A stretch of DNA of 64,000 nt from Phoronis australis (taxonomy: Eukaryota > Animalia > Phoronida): assembly GCA_002633005.1 (NCBI GenBank), contig NMRA01000613.1, positions 62,001 to 126,000 on the forward strand, read 5' to 3'. Numbering within the stretch: the first letter of the stretch is position 1; each line of letters starts with the position of its first letter. This document shows, one piece after another, positions 32,930-46,180 of this stretch. The position numbers and the translations under genes were made by a program. Under the pieces are notes generated by a model that saw nothing but the letters and a program-made list of their open reading frames with translations, was not told where the DNA came from and searched no databases.

Positions 32930-35513
32930 CTGAAATAAAGGAAATAGAAATGAAAGTAAAACATTCGCAACAATAAAAACGTTTTAAATAACGGTAGTCT
33001 CAATTCGTTAGGAGAAACCAGTTCCACAACAGTATCAAGGCTATTAATACAAATTTCTTTCTTGAGAGACGGTGGGTTATAGCAGCTTCAACACAAGTTT
33101 TGACGGCATCAGCTACTACGATAAAACCTCACCAATTTAGGACGCAGTATGGACGAAAAGTGAAATTTTATTTTCTCCCTTTCAGTGAAAGATGTATGGT
33201 ATCAAATTAATGTTTGTCCATGTTCAAGTTCTGTAACAAAGCCACCATTTGACAATGTTTCTATGTGGGCATTCACAACAGTGTTAAAGCCCTTGGAAAT
33301 TTAAAAAGGACAATTTTGGCAATTATTGGTCAGACCTGTCCCTACTTCCCTTCCACCTGGACTGTGCACAGTGGGGCACACTTTATGTCATACCTGGTTA
33401 TACAATATCCTGGTTATTGTCATGAAATGCCAAAAAATAATCAAGCTTGAGTCAAGTTCAACTTCAAGTTGAGTCGGCTGTAAATTAACACCTCCATCAT
33501 GGTCAATTTAGAAGCCACTGCATCACTGGAATTTGACCAAGTTTTCTTCAAGTTGATGTTAAAAATGCAAAAAATTGACTTCTTTTTGGTATTTCGTAAT
33601 TATAGTCTTCCTGTCATCTGCCATTTTCTTAAAGTGTACTTATATCCCATAGATTTGAGAATTAACTGGGTCGAGAATGGGAAAGTACCCAACTCGCCAA
33701 TCAGGGGGATAATATTGACGATGAGAGACAAATGTGTCATTGAATTGAAAGAGTTCAGTGGCACATACATTTGTTGAACTCGCTCATTTTCATGGCAAAA
33801 AAACCTGCTTTTCCAATTAAAGTGTGTTGTAACATGCATGAAATTTTTAGAGTCCTGCATATAACATACAGTTGAAGGGAAATTTTTGATTTCAATATAT
33901 TCTTTTACGGCATATGAGTTAACTTTTAAATTGTGAGTCAATAATATGCCCAACCAGCAAAACATAAATTACAATGAAAAGACAACTGATCACATATTTA
34001 GTAACATTATCTGGTAATAAGCAAAGGCCAAGGTCACATGAATCCAGCAGATATAGTAACTGCAAGTGTCAAAAAATAATCACCACATCCCACATTATGC
34101 GCAATTATAAAGAAACACCACACATCACCTTATCTATTGCAACTATCAGAGTTCCAAATCCAGCAAATTTTCTATCCATCAGCAACTTCTTTACACTGGT
34201 CCACAGCCCGTTGCCAAGTAAAACTACTGTGCTCATCTGGGCTAACACTCATTTTTGAAAACCTGTCTGCCCACGAAATTAGTAAATTCTCAATGTTCAT
34301 CTATAGTTTTGAAAGTAATTTACTAAATATAGACATGTTGATTACATCCTAGCTTTGAGGTTACACAATACTGTAGAAAAGTGACCAAATTTGGTTAACC
34401 TTTGAACTTTGTATCTCAGAATGATGACCCGATTCAAATGCTTTATGTAATGTTCCTAAGGCCATGAGGAAATGGTTTTAACATGTAACACTTTTAAACC
34501 AGGGGTTACCAAATTAGGACTTTTATGGTTTTTAAGAAAATATTTAAAAAAATCATACGTTGTATCAAACAAACCCCCTACCATACCCCATTTCGGCATA
34601 TTCTCGTACCTCCACGTGGCCAGTGCTTTTTATTGCCCATTGTACCATTTTTTATTTTACTCAATTTGTATTCTCTATCTATTCTTGTATCCGTCAATTC
34701 TATTCGTCATAATAAATGATCTTACATATCGCATACCTCGGTCTCCTTCTCATCTCTGGTAACAAGCTTGTGATGTTCATTTCATTTATACATGTCTGTC
34801 GACCATAAAAAAGGATTTACAAAAATTGTAGCAGTGTTTTTGACATTCCACTTTTTGAATATTTATATCTAAAGAACTTTGATCATGTCATTGATAAGTT
34901 ACTTGGCTGCTAACATAAATTTGGTTTTTGCCAATTAATGGCAGATTGGCAAAAAGACAAAAATCAAATTTCGCAAGCTTTCTCTTTCAAAAAATTGATA
35001 CTTTACAGACCCAAATTTACAGTTTTGTAAAAATTTTGGTAAATACACAGGCATATTGATAAAGTCCTGCAAAATACTTAAAGCAACTGTTCTGATAACT
35101 CGATCAGTCTTTCGAGACATTACACCATGCACATTTTGTCAATTTTCACGCAGAAGGACCGCAGTTAAGCCAAGTCCACCTCAACAGCAACTGATTCAGA
35201 AAGATTAGGGAACTTTTTAGCTAGTTGAAAATTGTCATCAAGACCATATTTTTAGTATATCAGCAGATGGACACGGAGCCTGACGGAGGCAAAGCACACC
35301 ATGACTCACTTGATATTTCACCTGGTTTCCAAGGTAACAGATGCGTTACACAAGGCTTATTGGATCAATACTTTGAAAAAAGGTTACTCCCAATTGTGGA
35401 AGCTGGTACTTAAGAGTTAGCCAGGGCATAACGAAGACACGAATTGACAAAAATCACACACATAGCTTTGGGACAATTAGTAGCAGGGGGGAGAGGGAGG
35501 GGGGGGGGATAGT

Positions 35514-35561
35514 NNNNNNNNNNNNNNNNNNNNNNNNNNNNNNNNNNNNNNNNNNNNNNNN
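35514..35561. other. Assembly gap (48 N) after a poly-G tract
   Basis: Run of N. Confidence 1.
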
Positions 35562-38500
35562 ATCCCATATGACCAGGAGTATAAATTATTTAATCACAAC
35601 CCACAGATTAGAACTGATAAAAGTTACATAATACTTGGTTGTGTACTAGTTCAAGAACAGCAACAGATGATAAATTGATCAACAATTAAATTTATTAGAT
35701 AGAACAATGGAATCATACCTGGTCACAACTGGGAAGCCTTAAGGTACTAGCAACAAGCAGTGTCTATTTCACAAATAGCACTATGAATTAGAGAAACTGC
35801 CAAGCAGGGTTAGAATCTAACACAAGCTATGGGACAAATGACCCTGGATTTCTAATTTTATCATTACACTCGAAGATGCACAGAAATGCCAGGAACTATC
35901 AAAATTTGACTCAAATACTTTAACAGTTTTGACCATCCTTGTCTTGCTTCAATTTTCAAAAGTTAGAAGGATAAATGTGCTTTTTTGAAATGAACATGTT
36001 ATGACCTTGGAAAATTGTTTTTGCTAAGGTTCTCAGCCCCAATCTTCTGTAGACACCACATGTTTGGATATTAAGTGCACACAGTTCATGGGAAAAGAAG
36101 GTGTCTCTGTTTGCACCACTAACTGGTAGCATTGAATGTGGTCACCTTTTCAATTACAGGGAGTGTGAAACCTGTTTAGATGGCAGTTCAGTCACTGTAG
36201 GCATTTTTATTGGTTCAAATTCAATTAACTCAAAAACAGGCTGATATCACCAAAGACTACTTTGACAACTGAAAACACATTAAAAAGGAAATCAATTTTA
36301 AGCCTGTATGAATGATAAATCATGAACCTCAAAACAAGGTGGTACTACAGCAGTAAAAAAGTATCGCAACTCAATGCAAAAAGCCTTTTAAGGCGACCAA
36401 AATTACCACAAAGATAAAACTGACAGACTGACTCATCAGACTTGCAACAAAAAAAGTACGTAATTTGATGTTTTTGATCAACTGAAAAGGCATGTGTAAA
36501 CAGTAACAGCCATCATCACTTTTGGTTGACAAGAGAGTATGTCACAACAACAAGTTGACCAACTTACTTTAAATGTCCACTATATTGATTACATATAAAC
36601 AACACAACATGAAATAAACTGTCGTCACAAAACATGCAAGAAATTGGTTCTGATTGGTAATTTACATGTACCGTATATGAGGCCAATTCAAAGGTATGGC
36701 AGTAAAGATTTGAAGAACGCGATCAATTGTCATGGCAAAATCACAGATACTTGAGTTTAAATATATGGTATATAGCACCAATTTTCTTGTGATTTTCTCG
36801 CTCAACTGCCATAATTTCAATGAAATAGACTTCCATCATTTTTAAACCTACAAACTATTTGCCCTGTTGCACATGTTGTCTCACTGGATGGCCAATGCAG
36901 TGCCACCCTTAAAAACCATTGTTCTGACTAATGTTAAGGGTAACTTGAACCCCTTGTTCTTTCTTTACAAATGGAACAGTTATCATATTAGGTTACACTA
37001 TACAAAATCGCAGATGGAATAGTGTTTATTGCTTGTTTCAATGGGTTGATTCATCAGTGCAAACTTATTTTATTCAAGACTTCTGCAATTTCAGCTTGAA
37101 AGTGTTAGTGCTATGTGCATGGTTTTAAAATAAATAAATAACTCCCATTAACTTGGTCATAAGTCTACTTGACCATTTTCTGAAGCCTTCACTCTGTGGG
37201 AAATGGAACAACAGGTGGCATATAGTCCTATCAAGCTTGAATCATAAGCAAATGGTTGGGAAAAAATTGATGAACATGTGGTATGGCAGACAAGGTACTC
37301 CAACATTTGATGAGATATCAGCCATTTGGGTGATGGATAGACCTGTGGCAGACCATTTCTTACTGGTATGATATGCTTCAGTTCTGGGAAGAAATTGTGT
37401 ACAATCTGAAGAATTTGAAAGATACATTTCAAATTTTTTGCTTTTGCTATTTTGATTGACCTTGTGGTAGTGACCACGATGGAATGATAACTTTGAGCAG
37501 TAATTAGACCTGTGCTAGCCTGAGAAATTGACTTGAGAAATGATCACCTTTAATACACACTTGAAATGTTAAAAAATGCATAAAGTGTGTGGCGATATGT
37601 CTTAGAAATCAGCTATTATGGCAAAACCTTGCCAGTTTTGGACAAAAAATTACGTATTTTTCGTTTTTCAAATACTGTAGTGAATGTCGACAACTCCACT
37701 AAATATTGCGTCAACAACGGGTTCATAACAGAACGTGATAATGTCAAAGCACCAAAGGGATACTACAGATCTTTTAAGAAACAACATGTATAAAATCCCA
37801 GTCTTCCAAATGCTGCCTTAAACTGGTGAGATTTCAGTAGGGATAAACGACCTGCAAGCAGGTAGCTTGGTATCAGGTGTGATCCTCACAACCGCCACCT
37901 GGGGGCCTGTTAAAATATTTATTAATTTATTTATTTATTTATTTATTATTGTGATATTTAAAATGAGGGTGGTCTCTTCAGTGATAGCACTACTTTTCAA
38001 GAGGGCCCTCAAAACATAGTTTATGCTTTCGACCAGATTGGATTAATTCGATTATAGGAAAGATATCAATAGCTGATGGCTATCAAACTGTCACGACAAT
38101 ATAAAAAATGATGAAATTTCGTAATTATTACGTTAATACATCTGGGCCATGCAAAAGGTTTAAAGCAACACAAGAGAAAAGATTGTTATTGAGCTAGGAA
38201 TGGTTTTGGACTTTCTGATCAGCTGCTCAAAACTTTTTAAGTATGGCCACAAATACAATACATATCACAAAGCAAAAATACCATTCAAAAGAAACATACC
38301 AAACTGTGTTAGCAAAAAAATGATCAACAGATGTTGGCAGTATAAACTGACTATGAACAGAGCTCTGTTAGTATTCAAACCACAGGACTGCAACATCAAA
38401 GACTGATAGATGTGACTGGTCAACCAACCCAGAAAGGTGTTGACAGAAAGGCCCTCATTGGAAAGGTCAGCAAAAGTTCCCCCATATGTTTTGGTAACTC

Positions 38501-40479
38501 TGGCACATAGTTATTAACAGATTTAGACATTACACCAATGTATTGTTATTCAGCTGAAATAATAAACTGACTAGCAGTAACTTTGCATCTCATGCTACTG
38601 TCCACAAGTTCAGAAATAAAACGGACTTCACAGAAACCCTGCGAGGAAAATCTGGTGCCGAAGAAAAGTTCCAAAATACCACTCAGTCATCACTTTTGCA
38701 AGAGCATATTTGTTGATGAAAATAAGATTTACAAGAAAAACATTCGTGCATGTCAAGACAATTATTTTAAGTTAAGATATGCCCAACCCTAGACCATGAG
38801 AACTAAAACAACTGATTGACTGTGAACTTCTTACAAGGTGATTCATTGGTGTTTTGCTGAAATAAAATAAGCAACCAGAGATAAGGATTTGAGATAACAT
38901 TAGCAGAACTGATTTCTTATGTCAGGCATTCTAATCACAAGCGTCTAGGAGAAAGTAGTCCACTCCTAGACCTTGGCCAAAAGTGAACATTTGTGGAAGT
39001 AACTTCTGAATCTCCTATTGTAATTTCGCTGCCCTCTGTTGGGGAAACAAAGTAACGAAAATCTATCTGGTTTACTTTTGTGTTCTGAAAAGAGTGGTAA
39101 AAGCTTTCGAATCTGATTTACCAGATTGTTTTCCTTGTCCCACTCTTTGATAAGAGATTTATTCAGAGTTCAACTAGTATCCTGGTAGTTCCACACAGCA
39201 CAGCAGATATACCAAATCTCACAAGCATGCCAATTTCTCAAGTTTCAAATGCTTGCTGTATTGCCAAAAATGTTCAAAATTTCGTTGTGTTGATATTGAT
39301 GACAGATGTTGTATATAAAGTTTTCAAATAATCATGTAAAATTATCTTCTTGTTTACATTTGTAGAGAATTTTGATAGTAAAATAAAAATTCACTGTTGC
39401 GCCATTTGTGTTCTAATTTCAAAAAATTTTGTCATCCTCATTAATTTCCACATCCAGCTCGTCAGGTTTAAGATGTACAGGTATTATACAGAAGTCATCC
39501 TTTACGCTTTTATTGAAAAGTTGTGTCATGAGAATGTCTCGTCATTTTAAGCACCAATGGGCTAAGACATCTACACAGTAAAAACCATGCTGTTAACAGA
39601 CTTAATTTTTCTCAATCTTTATTTTTGTGAAAACTTTTTTGACAAAATGGAGTTACAATAGTCGGCCATATTGTGTGCAAAGTGAAGACTTATGTAGACA
39701 GTCAGAAACTTTGAAAATATTATCTGACTGCAGCTACGGTCTAGAATTAATATAAGGAAAAGCATTAATTTTGTGAGTTACATCTTTTATAGAAAAAGTG
39801 ACGTAATAAAATGTCACTTAGAAGTTGGCCATGTTGTGTCCTAAATTTGCGATATTTCATCTTAGCTGTATCAACAGGTCAAAGACAGCAGATAAGTATT
39901 CTGGCTTCAGGATGGTCTCTGGTGCACAACCTTTACACAACTGTGACATGCCAAAACATACAGGTTGTTATGGCTGCAACAAATCTTCCAATATAGTAGG
40001 CATACAGTTCTGGGGGGTCCCACGAAGACCTAAGAAGACCTAAGAATTCTGCGAAAACAGCGAGATCACACAATACTATAAGGATATTTCGTGACTATGC
40101 TCAGGACAATACTAGCAACGGGGCAGCCAGTGATTGGTTGACGAGGTTAAAATTTTGCATTGGGGGGATGTAATCGACTGTCTGTATTCCACAAGCGAAT
40201 ATTTTCTACAGCAAGTTCTGCGCTAGTGGCTCAAGACCACAGAACACAGTACACCCATATGTACGTATGGACTTAATATGTTAACCTGAAATTGTTCACT
40301 TGCCAAAAATATAAACTTAAAGGCTTGATGAATTTTGCACGATTCTGTAGTTACTAAAAATGAAAAACCTCAAGTCAGCAACCTTGCAAATATGGTAAAA
40401 GATGTATTTTAAAACTTGGTTTGGACCTATTCAAATGTGGCTCTGCATCACAATTCAAAGGGAGGAGACTGAAGGAAAC

Positions 40480-41030
40480 GACAGGTTCATCAAAGAGTAC
40501 CCAGTGTAACCAGGTAACAGGTTTATTAGGGGATTTGCTGCCACAAGAGAGGATGCCACTGACACCTGTGTCCATTCATTAGCTGGAGGCCAGGCAGTAC
40601 TATTGATAAGAATCTCCATAGAGGATGGGATGGCTGGAAGATACAGGCTCCAGGGAGACTTGGTCCAAGAGATGGAGAAGCCTGAGTTTGTCTTGTTAGG
40701 AGCCATTTTAATTAAGTAATGAATCTGTTGTTTGTTAGTAGATCATATATCAGCTTGGAAATTGTACACCAGGAGGGAGATGGAGTGATGTTCTAGGATA
40801 TAGCAGAGGACTGGTTATGCCATATAATGGGGTATTTTAATTAAGTGAGGAATCTGATGTGTCTGTAGATACCTTATCATTTTGGAAATCTGAAGAAACA
40901 GGAGGCAATTATGTAACAGGCAGGAAGTGTATAGTGCCATTATTGCCAAGACTGAAGATGGACTCCCTTTTTTGTTTAAAGATGGACAGTTCAGGCATAA
41001 GACAGAGGGATTTAAATTATGGAATATACA
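40480..41030 (-). mobile_element. Possible decayed DIRS/Ngaro RT fragment with internal duplication
   Basis: GFSISWTKS...ILINST resembles the DIRS RT GF-x-I-x-W-x-KS...G-x-x-I-D-S block; attttaattaagt..gaatctg block present twice (~40705, ~40834). Confidence 0.3.
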
Positions 41031-42059
41031 CAGAAATGACATGTATATACCACAGCACAGCAGATATTTAAAATTTCATTATGTCAAATTTCTAAACAAA
41101 AATAACTTTCAGGAAAACTTCCTGTTTTTAGCATGCTTTGTATGACATAGTTATTACCAAATGACATTTAGTAATATCAAAAGCCTTTGTAACAGTGTGT
41201 GTGGCTAGCGTCTGAAAAATAGTAACATGTCAATTTTAGCAATTATTTTGACCCAAATTAATTTTTTACAGTGGACATTCTTCAAAAGATTCAAGAAAGT
41301 TCCTAATTATGTTGTTTTATTTTCCTAACACAAAAAGAAAAATGCAATTGAATTTTGAGCATTTCTGAAACTTCACTGACCTTTCCAAATGACATTTAAA
41401 CACTGCAATAACAAACATGCAACAGTTCTAAATCAAAGCAATGACAGACTTAAAATTCACTAAGTGTCCGGGCTAAAACCACAACACAAAGTTGTTCACA
41501 AGTAGGGGGAGAGGTGTTGCGGAATAACGGTGCCATGTGACTATCTGGATGTACACACTTCACTAACATGTGATCAGGTTGTTGTTTCACCAGCGCCACC
41601 AAGTGATACACTGAGAGTTGTCACTGTGCATTAACACTCAAACCAGGGCTGTGTATAGATGCACAAGAAAAAGAAAAATCACAAAAATTTGCCAGATATC
41701 TCCATGTATTAGAAGCAAAGCCTTTCTCTCAAATGTCCTACTCCCATGCAGCTGGCTCCAGAAACCCAACTGCCAACTCAAAACAGATTCAGTCACCCAG
41801 AAGATGTCTTGAAGCAATTCCAAATACATTATCTGAAACTGCAGTTCTGTAGACAATTCTGGGCAGACCTGTTTGTTTTACTTCTCCCAGGTTTTCTACA
41901 CAAACCTGTTTGGTTTCATTTAATCCATTCTGACAGCAGCTACATGTTAATTAACTGGGAGTACCCAGTCAAGACCCAAGAGAGTCAGAGGGTGAGAGAT
42001 GGATATAATTCACAGAAGTTTAACAGCTAACATGCATACAGTTGTGTTGATTCCATTAA

Positions 42060-42987
42060 CAAGGTACCTAAACTACACGGTCAACGGACTCAAAAACACG
42101 GGAACGGACGCATAAACACGACTCACGGATCGGCAAACACCGTCCACGGACTCACAAACACGGGAACGGACTCACAAAACACGATCCACGCACCCAAATA
42201 CACGGGACACGGACTCATATTCACGAGGAAACACGGTTAACGGACCGCCAAACACGGTCAACGGACAAAATGTCAACTTCAGCGTTGACAGCTGTGTAAT
42301 GGGTGCGAGATTAAATATATTTTTTATGTTATTTTTGTCTGTACTGTGATGTAATTGTTGTGTTTCGTTTAAAATGGAAGAGAACTCTTGAGTAAAGGCT
42401 TCTGGTAATATCTTTTCGTTGTTAACGCTCGCCATGCTGTTTATGCCTGTTTACAATAATGTTAATGCGCATTAAAAAGAACATAGAAAAGGATTATAGC
42501 ATCATATAACTTGAAATATTTGTCTTATGTGAAAGTTAGCTCATTTTGTATTTTTGTATTAAAATCAAGCTTTTTAAGTGAAGGTATTGCCAAATAGTTG
42601 AAGATTAATCAATTCCCTTTCTGCGTAGTAATAGTCACTATTTCGCGCTATTTACTTGGGAAGCATCCTCGTCCGCAAGCCTCAAGAAAGAGAGCGCTGA
42701 TCGCTAAGCAGATTAACGCCATCTTGAGGCTGACCCAGGAAGGCGGTGAGTCCGTGTCCCGTGTTTATGGCATGCTTTATCGGCGTGGATTGTGTTTGGC
42801 GGTCCGTTAACCGTGTTTCCTCGTGAATATGAGTCCGTGTCCCGTGTATTTGGGTGCGTGGATCGTGTTTTGTGAGTCCGTTCCCGTGTTTGTGAGTCCG
42901 TGGACGGTGTTTGCCGGTCCGTGAGTCGTGTTCATGCGTCCGTTCCCGTCTTTTTGAGTCCGTTGACCGTGTAGTTTAGGTACCTTG
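42060..42987. mobile_element. Non-autonomous foldback-type DNA transposon, 196-bp TIRs, 5-bp TSD
   Basis: TIRs 42060-42255 and 42792-42987 (3 mismatches by eye) built of ACACGG..ACGGAC subrepeats; CAAGG...CCTTG termini; ATTAA duplicated at 42055-42059 and 42988-42992; no transposase ORF. Confidence 0.92.
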
Positions 42988-44311
42988 ATTAAAGATGTCT
43001 TAAAACTAATGCCTGATCACATCAGTTCATCATTTTATTCACTAATGCAGTTGTGCTAAAATGTCGTTAGCAATTACTAGGCTCAACAATCTCATCAAAG
43101 GGAATTTGGTGCAATTTTTATATATTTCAAAGGGGAATGGGGGTTTGATATTCGGCCCCAAAATCGAGGGATGAAGGGCCGTTAAAAACTTACAGGCATT
43201 CTATGGAGTGCAATATCTTTAAAATTATACGACTGCAGTGAGGTACTTCAAAATGTTAGCAAATTATCAGTATCTAGTTGAAACAAACTACGGATTTAAT
43301 ATCACTGTAAAAATTCTTTAATTTGGGACAAAAATAATTGTTAAGATTGCCAGATTTCTAATTGTTGCAAATGGTGTTTGGCAATACCTACCCCGTGCTA
43401 CAACCAAAGTAAATTTTACTGAACATTTATTGCCGTTGTGAAATTTGACAACAATAAATTTCATCCGTTGGCCATTTCGAGTCCCGTGAAGTTTTACTGC
43501 AAATGAAAAGTATCACAGAACCCGAACAAACTAATAGTATTTTACAACTTCTCCTCGTGGAAAAAGCCCTTGTGTGCAGTGCACCTAATGAGGAAAAATC
43601 GGCTTAATCCGCCAGGATTATGCCCTCACATAGCAACTACTAATAGACCAAATGAATGGTGGATTTGACTGATGGGAGAGGAGGGATTAGACCCATGGAC
43701 TTCACAACAGACCAATGGAGATTATACCTTGGCTTAAAATGGAAATTGCAGTGATTGTTAGGCAAAATTAGTTAGAAACGAAACATAAAGCAATGATGTG
43801 AATATATAATACCATGAAAATTGCCAAATATTTTTAGAACGAGATTGTGTCGAAAATGATCCGCCATAAATCACTCAACCGTGACCAGTAAGTATCAAGA
43901 CAGGAGTGTGGGGGAATAATAAAGCATGGTGTGGGCCATATGAGCCCCCAAGGTATGTCATTAATGCAAAGGTCACCTATTTGCAGAATTTTTTCACATT
44001 TACAAATTGTCACTGAATACAACTGCACCTTGTTTACCAAGGATAACATTGTGGTTTAGTTCCTGCTATACATTAGCATAGTTAGGAGCATTCAAATACA
44101 TCTTTTAACTCCCAACTCATTGCTTATGCAACAGATGTTTCAAGAAAATGATTCCCTGGTTTAATAACTGAAAATTGAAAAGTTGCATACTTCAGTTGTT
44201 TGAACCAAAATGATCAGGTGTGACATTTTATATGCAGTTATTAGAATTATGACAAACCTCAGAACCTACATGTACAAGGCTTGCACCATTAGCAACCACA
44301 ATGTAGAATAG

Positions 44312-44482
44312 AATCTCACCAATTTAGGATGCAGTATGGCACAAGTTTTAGTGTCTCATTTTTTCATAGCATCAAAATAATACTTTGCCTTTTTAAAGTT
44401 CTGTACCCTAGCTACCACCACTACACCAGGTCTTCAAAAATGAAAAATATATTTATTTGCAATTATTTTTGTTGGTGAGATT
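44312..44482. mobile_element. Short MITE; related copy at ~33128-33330
   Basis: TIR aatctcaccaa / ttggtgagatt; ctcaccaatttagga(t/c)gcagtatgg shared with 33128. Confidence 0.6.
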
Positions 44483-46096
44483 TTAGCCTATACATGTTCA
44501 AGAGTACAGTTTAACACTGAGCAGCTTCATTGGATTGCGTTTGTGTTTATGTGTGCGTTTAAGTGAAGGTGGTGTTACGAACCAATATGCCAGGTATGGC
44601 AAGCCAGAGGCAAGATTGCCTGAGACAAGAGAACAGGTGAGCTTGCTCAGTCACACAGGTTGGACAGAAAGTGTAATGGGTTACAGCGCATTAATAAAGT
44701 GTTTTATTTATGAGTTGATATGGATAACGGAACCCCAGGAACAGAGTAAACTTTGAGCTAATGATACGAATCACTTGACATTTACTTGAACACAATATAA
44801 AACATGTCAAGTTACACTGGGCTTGTAAAGCTAGGAGCTGTTTTATTGTTTTATTATCATTAATTGACCATAAAATCATATACAACGATCTGGGGCAAAA
44901 GCTCTTGTTCTGAGCACTGTCCATCAGTCCAGAGTACTGGAATACCCACTTTCCTAAATGCACAATTTCGGTCAATTTGAATCAAATGAGAATATTACAA
45001 TACCAATCCATGTGAAGCTTACATGTTAGCAAGGCTATAGGGTTGAATTGTTCTCAGGAGACAACCTGCCCACCTAAAACTACTCATGACAAACAGTTTT
45101 TATAGCTGAAATCCAAGGTAGAGTTCAGTTGCTGTCTCGCGGCTAGAAAAATCTGGCCAAAATCACATGTTCTCATTTAAAATACACAGCAATATTTCAC
45201 ATTATCTCACAAAGTCTCGCTGTTTACTGAGGCCCGAATGTAGATTCAAGCATTACTGAACGCTTACCCAGACGGTTTAGTCTGTTTTTGGGGGTAGTGA
45301 AGACACCAGACTTGTTCATTCGCCTGATTTTCAGTTATGTTTTGGTCCACCAAATACTGAGATATAGGACTTGAGTTGTCTGCCTCAAGAACACAAAGCT
45401 TCATGCGGTTACATAATTGTAAACAGAGGGCAAAATGCTCAGATACTAATCAATGTAAATGTAGTACACAGATTACTATCAGCCAGATTTGTTTTTATCA
45501 GATGATGCAGTGTGTAATTTTCATGACTGCCAAACATAATCATCTCCAAGCTTAGCTCACCAAGCTCGCACACTGTGAGGATTTGTGCTTGTTAGGTAGG
45601 ATGAACACAACAACTCGAGATTATCGCCTCACTGCCTCGCAAGGCAAAATAGTCATTGATAATTTTAATGAGGAAAAGAGCTATGAGGGGAGTTCACTTG
45701 AGGCACATAGCTCTCTGAGTGCTTCAGGTGTTCATGTCCAGTTGAGAACACTCATTAGCAACAGGAGTGACCACTACTGAACACAGAACAACAAAGATCA
45801 ATTTACAGGTAAACAATGGAAACAAGTAATGAGGGCAGCAAGGGTGAACACACATAAACCAGAGAACCCTTGATACAGGCTGAGTGTACTCTGCAGCAGG
45901 AGCCTACAACAACAAACAGGTCTGTTGAAGTATACAGTGTGATTGTAATAACAGCAGCTGTTCTCTGCAACCATAGAGCCAGAATCCGAAATCAAAGGTT
46001 ATGTCTACCCTAAATCTCACTAGTTTAGGACTCAACATGGCGGTCAATTCAAACTTCAGCTTTTCATAAAAAATTAGAATTACCATGTTCAAATTT

Positions 46097-46180
46097 ACAA
46101 TGTTACTACCATAAGACAATGTTACTACCATAAGACAATGTTACTACCATAAGACAATGTTACTACCATAAGACAATGTT
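46097..46180. repeat. Perfect 19-bp minisatellite, 4.4 copies
   Basis: (acaatgttactaccataag)x4 + acaatgtt. Confidence 0.95.

Noticed and set aside
46097-46180. Direct repeats as a possible CRISPR array (also 58663-58727 and 30514-30641)
   Set aside because: Head-to-tail repeats with no unique spacers, no cas genes, eukaryotic intron context.
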